A DNA stretch of 64,000 nucleotides. Source: a virus. Numbering within the stretch: the first letter of the stretch is position 1; each line of letters opens with the position of its first letter. The stretch lies in IMG/VR virus record IMGVR_UViG_3300042542_004852; one strand, given 5' to 3'. Below, piece after piece: positions 58,964 through 63,876 of the stretch. Made by a program: the position numbers and the translations under genes. Below the pieces are notes generated by a model. The model saw only the letters and a program-made list of their open reading frames with translations. It was not told where the DNA came from and did not search any database.

Positions 58964-59161
58964 GCTTTTCTTAGTCAACACTAGGGCAGTTACCTACGCC
59001 GCCCTAATGGGGGGCAAGCTGTCAAACGAAAAAAGAAAAAACAAATAGTGGCACTTGGCACACTAATTACCATAAAAGAAAAACACTAAAAATAAATGCA
59101 CGTTGCGCTTGCAGGTCTGCGGATTTGTGGCAATATATAAACAGTTAACCAAACGAACAAC

Positions 59162-59365
59162 ATGCAAAACGAAATCAACCTGAACGCCCTCGAAACCAAA
59201 ACTCTCACCGCTCTTCAGTGGGTTATCATCCGCAACGCCTTGCAAGATAAAATGGAGGAATTCGACAGCGCTGCCAGTTGGGCAGAATCCAAGGGCTACA
59301 ACAGCGAAACCTACTACCGCAACGAATACGCGAAACGCTCTCAAATCTTGAAAGCTATCGCATAA
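59162..59365 (+). CDS. Small early protein (helical, AESK/YYRNE family)
   Basis: Promoter-like TTGCAG-16-CAATAT upstream; similar to 62779-62943. Confidence 0.75.
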   Translation: MQNEINLNALETKTLTALQWVIIRNALQDKMEEFDSAASWAESKGYNSETYYRNEYAKRSQILKAIA

Positions 59366-59371
59366 AATCGC

Positions 59372-59399
59372 TTGCGCGTTTAACCTTTCTCTCTACATT
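59372..59399 (+). promoter_or_regulatory. Early promoter, 16-bp spacer
   Basis: TTGCGC-16-TACATT. Confidence 0.65.
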
Positions 59400-59405
59400 C
59401 TAATT

Positions 59406-59654
59406 ATGGAAACAAAACAAATGCACAAGGTCTTAGTTCTGGAACAGCACAGCGATGCTGAAAGATTCTCCATCGCGGGATGGGAACGCAGCGCTTCGGT
59501 GCGCCGTTCATGGAATGAAATGGTTGAAAAATTCCCCGAATGCGTGCGCGAAGTGTCTGTGAACGCTTGCCCTTGCTACGGTTCCTCTCACTGGAAACAA
59601 GGCAAAGACGGACGAATTGAAATCGTCTCTTTGAACTGTGATTCAAGCGATTAA
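59406..59654 (+). CDS. Small early protein
   Basis: Own promoter, probably leaderless. Confidence 0.7.
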   Translation: METKQMHKVLVLEQHSDAERFSIAGWERSASVRRSWNEMVEKFPECVREVSVNACPCYGSSHWKQGKDGRIEIVSLNCDSSD

Positions 59655-59658
59655 TCGC

Positions 59659-59686
59659 TTGCGCGTCCCTCTTTCCCCTCTACTAT
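59659..59686 (+). promoter_or_regulatory. Early promoter, 16-bp spacer
   Basis: TTGCGC-16-TACTAT. Confidence 0.7.
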
Positions 59687-59695
59687 CCTCTTGCC

Positions 59696-59908
59696 ATGAA
59701 CAACGTCTCCCTTGCCACCCTTCCAGAACTTGACCTCCGCTCCATTGAACTTGACGGCGTGGACTTTCGCGACTATCCCGACTTCTGTGATGCTTTTATC
59801 AGCTATGCGGAAGCAAAGGACGGGACACCTCTGACAAGCGAGCAACTGGAAATCTTGAATGAAGATTCCGACTTGATTCACACGCTTGCGCATGATTCCT
59901 GCCACTAA
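59696..59908 (+). CDS. Small acidic phage protein (DGVDxRDYPDFCDAFI family)
   Basis: Own promoter; motif recognised as recurrent in phage hypotheticals. Confidence 0.8.
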   Translation: MNNVSLATLPELDLRSIELDGVDFRDYPDFCDAFISYAEAKDGTPLTSEQLEILNEDSDLIHTLAHDSCH

Positions 59909-59922
59909 TCGCGCAAAATCGC

Positions 59923-59950
59923 TTGCGTTCCCCTCTTTCCCCCCTATACT
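59923..59950 (+). promoter_or_regulatory. Early promoter, 16-bp spacer
   Basis: TTGCGT-16-TATACT. Confidence 0.7.
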
Positions 59951-59971
59951 CTCAGCACCCCGCCCCCCACT

Positions 59972-60193
59972 ATGAAAAGCATTCAATTCAAAACCTTCAC
60001 GCTCTACATTCAATTTTCAGGCTTTAGCCAATCAAAGAAACACATTCACCTTCCCTTCTATGTCAAGGCATGGCGCAAGCATCCAGCCTATGACAAGCAT
60101 CTTCAAATTGCCATCTCTAACGCTGCGGTCAGCACTGGCCTTTCTCCCTCTACTAAGCCTGTCTGTTACTCGCTACTTGCGGGAATGTGCTAA
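59972..60193 (+). CDS. Small early protein
   Basis: Own promoter. Confidence 0.65.
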   Translation: MKSIQFKTFTLYIQFSGFSQSKKHIHLPFYVKAWRKHPAYDKHLQIAISNAAVSTGLSPSTKPVCYSLLAGMC

Positions 60194-60200
60194 AAAGCAC

Positions 60201-60228
60201 TTGCGCCCCTCTTTCCCCTTTCTACTCT
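60201..60228 (+). promoter_or_regulatory. Early promoter, 16-bp spacer
   Basis: TTGCGC-16-TACTCT. Confidence 0.7.
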
Positions 60229-60237
60229 ACTCCTGCC

Positions 60238-60420
60238 ATGAACGCCCCCCTCTCCAAACGTGAAAGATTCGCCCTCCGAACATCCAAGGCCAGCGGCTTG
60301 CCAAACGGCTTTGGCCCGCGCCTAGTTAACCCTGCGCCCTACGTCTGCCAGTGTGCAAGTTGCAAGGTTGAACGTGAACTCGGCCTTTCCCTTCGCACTC
60401 CAAAGCAGTGCGAAGCATAA
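60238..60420 (+). CDS. Small basic protein with CxCxxC motif
   Basis: MNAPLSKRERF...CQCASC; start placed after the promoter. Confidence 0.65.
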   Translation: MNAPLSKRERFALRTSKASGLPNGFGPRLVNPAPYVCQCASCKVERELGLSLRTPKQCEA

Positions 60421-60451
60421 GCAAACAACCTAAGCAACAACACTACCCACT

Positions 60452-60616
60452 ATGCAATTCTCACCTACTGCCGAAGACATGCATGCGCTCGCTAGCGAGC
60501 ACGACGCACGCTGTGATTCACCTAATCCCGAATGGGATGATTTCCTACGGGAGCAGGAGGATAAGTTCTTAGACGCCTTCTATGAGAGGGCAGTGGAAAA
60601 GTCCTACGAACTTTGA
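60452..60616 (+). CDS. TAEDMHA-family acidic peptide 1 (54 aa, not in ORF track)
   Basis: MQFSPTAEDMHALASEHDARCDSPNPEWDDFLREQEDKFLDAFYERAVEKSYEL. Confidence 0.8.
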   Translation: MQFSPTAEDMHALASEHDARCDSPNPEWDDFLREQEDKFLDAFYERAVEKSYEL

Positions 60617-60659
60617 CTAAGCCTAGGCTAGGAAACTCTTAAGCCCCTTAAGTGGGGAG

Positions 60660-60710
60660 CCTAAGAACTTTACCTAGGCCAGGGGCCTTGGGGTAGGTAA
60701 AATTCCTAAG
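60660..60710 (+). repeat. 51-bp four-box dyad element, copy 1
   Basis: CCTAAG-aacttta-CCTAGG...GGTAGG-taaaatt-CCTAAG; TTTACCTA-17bp-TAGGTAAA. Confidence 0.9.
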
Positions 60711-60854
60711 ACTCTAAGCCTAGTTCACCTAAGACAATCCCTTGCCTTTCCCTAAGACGATTCTCTTGTCAAGAGAAACAAAAGAAATCTTTTCTGCAAT
60801 CTTGGCATGATAATTTCCATAAATGAAAAAGATGAAAACAAAACAAAAAAGAAT

Positions 60855-60882
60855 TTGCGGTTCTCTTGCCATGTGGCATAAT
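60855..60882 (+). promoter_or_regulatory. Early promoter, 16-bp spacer
   Basis: TTGCGG-16-CATAAT with TG and an upstream A-tract. Confidence 0.7.
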
Positions 60883-60887
60883 AAGTC

Positions 60888-61166
60888 ATGGAAACGAAAA
60901 CACTGCTTACAAACGAACAAGTCCTCGCCCTTCTCAACAACGTCGCCCCCCGCGCCGTGACCATCACGAAAGATGAAACTCCGCTGGAAAACATTCTCGC
61001 TTCTCTCACTTCTTTCAACTACGAGAAAGAGGACGGCGTGACTCGCGTGGAAGGCGCAACTTTCCAGCACGTTGCAATCTCAAAGAACACTGGCAAGCAG
61101 TATGCCACGTTTAAAACGTCCGATGGAAAGTTCAAGTCTTTCTTCACTGCTCAAATTCAATTCTAA
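60888..61166 (+). CDS. Small early protein (paralogue of 62991-63275)
   Basis: Own promoter; LLTNEQVLALL...NTGKQYAT...KFKSF. Confidence 0.75.
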   Translation: METKTLLTNEQVLALLNNVAPRAVTITKDETPLENILASLTSFNYEKEDGVTRVEGATFQHVAISKNTGKQYATFKTSDGKFKSFFTAQIQF

Positions 61167-61203
61167 TTTGCCAAGCCAGAAAAACCCTTCACCTTCTAAC
61201 CCT

Positions 61204-61446
61204 ATGAAAAACAAAATCCCCATGCAAGAAAACATCACAATCTCCCGCGAAACTTTTTCCACTCTGCTTTCTTTCGCTAAGCGCGAGCAGACAATCTGCG
61301 ACAACAACGCCAGAAACGCCCTTAAGAAAGTCGAGGAACTCCCGAACGACATTTTCTGGCAGGACTCGGTAAACTTCTGGAGGCAGGAAAGCCAGAACGC
61401 CCAGAACACCTACACAAAAGCCCTAGAAGAAGCGCAGACGCTCTAA
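61204..61446 (+). CDS. Small helical early protein (FWRQE)
   Basis: Start at ATG 61204 or 61222. Confidence 0.7.
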   Translation: MKNKIPMQENITISRETFSTLLSFAKREQTICDNNARNALKKVEELPNDIFWQDSVNFWRQESQNAQNTYTKALEEAQTL

Positions 61447-61454
61447 TCGGGCCT

Positions 61455-61505
61455 CCTAGGTAATTTACCTAGGGGAAGGCCCCTGGCATAGGTAAAATCC
61501 CTAAG
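61455..61505 (+). repeat. 51-bp four-box dyad element, copy 2
   Basis: CCTAGG-taattta-CCTAGG...CATAGG-taaaatc-CCTAAG. Confidence 0.9.
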
Positions 61506-61528
61506 ACTCTTACCCTAGGAGTCTTACC

Positions 61529-61588
61529 TAAGAAGTCTATTTACTATTAGAGCATTTAGTATTTACTATTAGGGCGTTTCGAATTTGC
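61529..61588 (+). repeat. 60-bp upstream module B, copy 1
   Basis: 52/60 identical to 61991-62050; tandem TATTTACTATTAG at 22-bp period. Confidence 0.85.
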
Positions 61589-61620
61589 AGTTTGATGAAT
61601 AAAAAACATGAAAAAAAGAT

Positions 61621-61648
61621 TTGCGCGTTCTTTGTTTTCTGTTATTCT
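61621..61648 (+). promoter_or_regulatory. Early promoter, 16-bp spacer
   Basis: TTGCGC-16-TATTCT with TG. Confidence 0.7.
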
Positions 61649-61686
61649 ATGCGCGTAGTCAGTTAACCATTAATATATCCTCTGTT

Positions 61687-61884
61687 ATGCAATTCTCTAT
61701 CACCGCTGAAGACATGCACGCCGCCCGCCCCGCTTATGACCTTGATGAGGTCAACGGTTTTGAGGGCGAAGAACCCTCCGACAATCAAGAGTTTGACACT
61801 CATGATGATTATGTTGAGCCGATGGAGGACCAGTGGCTTGATAGCTACTACGAAAGCCAGACCGAATGCGACTTCGGTGAATGA
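61687..61884 (+). CDS. TAEDMHA-family acidic peptide 2 (65 aa)
   Basis: MQFSITAEDMHAARPAYDLDE...EDQWLDSYYESQTECDFGE. Confidence 0.8.
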   Translation: MQFSITAEDMHAARPAYDLDEVNGFEGEEPSDNQEFDTHDDYVEPMEDQWLDSYYESQTECDFGE

Positions 61885-61890
61885 CCTACG

Positions 61891-61915
61891 AGGGCGGCGA
61901 AAGCCGCCCTTTTTT
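61891..61915 (+). terminator. Intrinsic terminator
   Basis: AGGGCGGC-GAAA-GCCGCCCT-TTTTT. Confidence 0.9.
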
Positions 61916-61925
61916 ATATACATTG

Positions 61926-61976
61926 CCTAGGAGGTTTACCTAGGCCGCGCCCCCTGGGATAGGTAAAATCCCTAAG
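61926..61976 (+). repeat. 51-bp four-box dyad element, copy 3
   Basis: CCTAGG-aggttta-CCTAGG...GATAGG-taaaatc-CCTAAG. Confidence 0.9.
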
Positions 61977-61990
61977 ATTTTCGCCTTAGG

Positions 61991-62050
61991 TAAGAAGTCT
62001 ATTTACTATTAGGCGCTTTAGTATTTACTATTAGGAGATTTCGAGTTTGC
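61991..62050 (+). repeat. 60-bp upstream module B, copy 2
   Basis: See 61529-61588. Confidence 0.85.
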
Positions 62051-62079
62051 TATTTAGGGAATAAAAAATCATTTTTTTC

Positions 62080-62107
62080 TTGCGCGGACGAGGTAAACCG
62101 CTATTCT
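62080..62107 (+). promoter_or_regulatory. Early promoter, 16-bp spacer
   Basis: TTGCGC-16-TATTCT. Confidence 0.7.
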
Positions 62108-62115
62108 ATAGCCCT

Positions 62116-62247
62116 ATGAACGAAATGAACTTCTCCACTACCGCCGAAGATATGCACGCCGCCGCCGCTGAGTTCAACGAGTTTTACGACTTGTTGCGCG
62201 AGGAGGCATGGGAGCATCAAGAAGCTTCTCTCACGCAAAACAACTAA
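62116..62247 (+). CDS. TAEDMHA-family acidic peptide 3 (43 aa, not in ORF track)
   Basis: MNEMNFSTTAEDMHAAAAEFNEFYDLLREEAWEHQEASLTQNN. Confidence 0.75.
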   Translation: MNEMNFSTTAEDMHAAAAEFNEFYDLLREEAWEHQEASLTQNN

Positions 62248-62258
62248 ACTTAAATCTT

Positions 62259-62456
62259 ATGATGACACCCGACGAATATGATCCCCCCTCTTATGGGGGC
62301 ACTCCCACGCAGGAAGCCCATGCAGAAATGACTCTTTTGTTTGGCGCGGAAAAACCAACTCGCGCTTGGATTCTTACGGACTTTGATGTGTGGGCACCGA
62401 ATCCTTTTTACTGTGGGCCTCCACAGCCTCATCCAGAAGACGATGACCATTGGTGA
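62259..62456 (+). CDS. Small phage protein (AWILTDxDVW..NPFY.GPP.PHPE family)
   Basis: Start at ATG 62259 after the preceding stop. Confidence 0.75.
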   Translation: MMTPDEYDPPSYGGTPTQEAHAEMTLLFGAEKPTRAWILTDFDVWAPNPFYCGPPQPHPEDDDHW

Positions 62457-62464
62457 GCATAAGC

Positions 62465-62515
62465 CCTAGGAGAAATACCTAGGGCACGCCCCTTGGCGTA
62501 GGTAAAATCCCTAAG
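62465..62515 (+). repeat. 51-bp four-box dyad element, copy 4
   Basis: CCTAGG-agaaata-CCTAGG...CGTAGG-taaaatc-CCTAAG. Confidence 0.9.
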
Positions 62516-62585
62516 AGAAAACAAAAAAACTTTCCTGCAATCTTGGCATGCTAATTACTAGAATAAAAACAAGTTAAAAAAGGCA

Positions 62586-62613
62586 TTGCGCGAATCTCTT
62601 TTTCTGTTATCTT
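62586..62613 (+). promoter_or_regulatory. Early promoter, 16-bp spacer
   Basis: TTGCGC-16-TATCTT with TG. Confidence 0.7.
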
Positions 62614-62619
62614 GTGGCC

Positions 62620-62748
62620 ATGAAGAAAATCACATTTCGCAAGCCAAAAATCCTCTCCTTCCGCCTCTCCACTCGCAAAGTCGGCGGCATTCGTTTCGTG
62701 CGCGTGGGAAAACTTGTCTTTTCTTTCTGCGTGTCAAAAAAGGCTTGA
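62620..62748 (+). CDS. Very basic 42-aa peptide (not in ORF track)
   Basis: MKKITFRKPKILSFRLSTRKVGGIRFVRVGKLVFSFCVSKKA; ATG 7 nt after the -10. Confidence 0.7.
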   Translation: MKKITFRKPKILSFRLSTRKVGGIRFVRVGKLVFSFCVSKKA

Positions 62749-62772
62749 CTTCTCTCCTTTCTCGCTTATCTT
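62745..62772 (+). promoter_or_regulatory. Early promoter, 16-bp spacer (exact duplicate of 62940-62967)
   Basis: TTGACTTCTCTCCTTTCTCGCTTATCTT. Confidence 0.8.
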
Positions 62773-62778
62773 ATCCCC

Positions 62779-62943
62779 ATGAACGAAGAAATCTTCACCA
62801 CAATCTTTATCTCACTTACGCAACGCTTTGACCTTGCCTGCAAAGAAGTTGCCGAGTCGAAAAATGAAAAACTCAAAGACTACTGGCGGGAAGAAGCGGA
62901 CAAAGCTCTTCAAGCTCGTCGATATATTGTAGAAAAGATTTGA
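62779..62943 (+). CDS. Small helical protein, 54 aa (not in ORF track)
   Basis: MNEEIFTTIFISLTQRFDLACKEVAESKNEKLKDYWREEADKALQARRYIVEKI. Confidence 0.75.
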   Translation: MNEEIFTTIFISLTQRFDLACKEVAESKNEKLKDYWREEADKALQARRYIVEKI

Positions 62944-62967
62944 CTTCTCTCCTTTCTCGCTTATCTT
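62940..62967 (+). promoter_or_regulatory. Early promoter, 16-bp spacer (duplicate)
   Basis: Identical 28 bp to 62745-62772. Confidence 0.8.
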
Positions 62968-62990
62968 TAACCCGTAACCAAAACAACACT

Positions 62991-63275
62991 ATGAAAGACC
63001 TCATCACCAAAGAAAACCTAGTCGCCCTTCTTCGTTCTAAGAAAGAAGCAGTCATCGAAGCCCTGAACAATAAACACGTTGTTTACCTGAACGAAGGAAA
63101 TTCAAGCGTCAAAACCAACGGCGTGCGCAGTTTCACCATCAAGGACATTGAAGGCGTGAACACTGGCAAGGCTGGCCGCACCTACATCACGGCCAAGGTC
63201 ATCGACCATGATGACGGCGATGCCGAAAAATATCGTTCCCTTCACATCGCGGGCCTTGAACTCGCTTGGGAATAG
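62991..63275 (+). CDS. Small early protein, possible SH3/WYL-like beta fold
   Basis: MKDLITKENLVALL...RTYITAK...KYRSLHI. Confidence 0.75.
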   Translation: MKDLITKENLVALLRSKKEAVIEALNNKHVVYLNEGNSSVKTNGVRSFTIKDIEGVNTGKAGRTYITAKVIDHDDGDAEKYRSLHIAGLELAWE

Positions 63276-63281
63276 TCTTTT

Positions 63282-63345
63282 GAAGAGAGACGGCAATCGG
63301 AAAATGCCCCTAATAGGCTAGTAGGTTCAAACCCTACCCTCTTCT
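63282..63345 (+). ncRNA. tRNA-like element lacking an anticodon loop
   Basis: Acceptor GAAGAG/CTCTTC, D arm GGCA-ATCGGAAAA-TGCC, stub CCT-AAT-AGG, T arm GTAGG-TTCAAAC-CCTAC. Confidence 0.65.
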
Positions 63346-63367
63346 TTACTTTTAATCAATAAAAAAT

Positions 63368-63625
63368 ATGCTACGCCTAGAATCCTCCACTACTTCTGTA
63401 AATGCCGCTTGGCATTATCTCTTGGAAAATAAATGCAGCTTCAGCGCTCCTGTGCAAATGCTTTCTTCTCGCGCCTTGCAAAAGGCAAAGCTCAAACCCA
63501 TCGCGCCGATTGAAACCAGAGTAAAAATCCTCTCTAGGGCTAACGCTAAAAAGAAAGCCAAAACTTTCTTGCTTAAAGCAGAGGAAAAAATTTCAAACCT
63601 CGTAAAAAAAATCTCTAGGCGGTGA
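63368..63625 (+). CDS. Small basic protein
   Basis: 85-aa ORF after the tRNA-like element. Confidence 0.6.
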   Translation: MLRLESSTTSVNAAWHYLLENKCSFSAPVQMLSSRALQKAKLKPIAPIETRVKILSRANAKKKAKTFLLKAEEKISNLVKKISRR

Positions 63626-63634
63626 TAAGACAAA

Positions 63635-63671
63635 GGGGGTGGAGAGGTTAGTGTTGTTCCTCTCTGCCCCC
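63635..63671 (+). terminator. 13-bp hairpin, possible terminator
   Basis: GGGGGTGGAGAGG-11nt-CCTCTCTGCCCCC (two G-U pairs); weak U tract. Confidence 0.5.
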
Positions 63672-63679
63672 TAAGTTTT

Positions 63680-63730
63680 CTTAGATGATTTACCTAGGCC
63701 AGGCGGCCTGGGGTAGGTAAAATTCCTACG
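63680..63730 (+). repeat. 51-bp four-box dyad element, copy 5
   Basis: CTTAGA-tgattta-CCTAGG...GGTAGG-taaaatt-CCTACG. Confidence 0.85.
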
Positions 63731-63842
63731 CTCAAATGGCAAATTCCCTACCGTTTCTTAAGAAAGATGCCTAAGAAGTCTATTTAAGACTTTCCTATTT
63801 AGTATTAGGGGGTTTCGAATTTGGATTTTTATCTTTTTCTAT

Positions 63843-63870
63843 TTGACAGAAGCGCTTTTGCCTCTATAGT
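63843..63870 (+). promoter_or_regulatory. Early promoter, 16-bp spacer
   Basis: TTGACA-16-TATAGT; ATG 7 nt downstream. Confidence 0.8.
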
Positions 63871-63876
63871 AGAAAC

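Noticed and set aside
59020-60772. Minus-strand TTGACA hexamers at about 59020 and 60767 as antisense promoters
   Set aside because: No plausible -10 at 16-18 bp spacing.
63282-63345. Functional decoding tRNA gene
   Set aside because: There is no 7-nt anticodon loop and no U8; reported as tRNA-like instead.
59063-63633. Minus-strand ORFs and extended TTG-start versions of ORFs in the early region (e.g. 61621-61884, 62586-62831, 62940-63275)
   Set aside because: All promoters face +; the TTG 'starts' are the -35 boxes, and better ATG starts lie downstream of each -10.
60660-63730. CRISPR array interpretation of the 51-bp repeats
   Set aside because: Copies are 0.47-1.2 kb apart with whole genes between them, the variable part is inside the repeat, and there is no cas operon.
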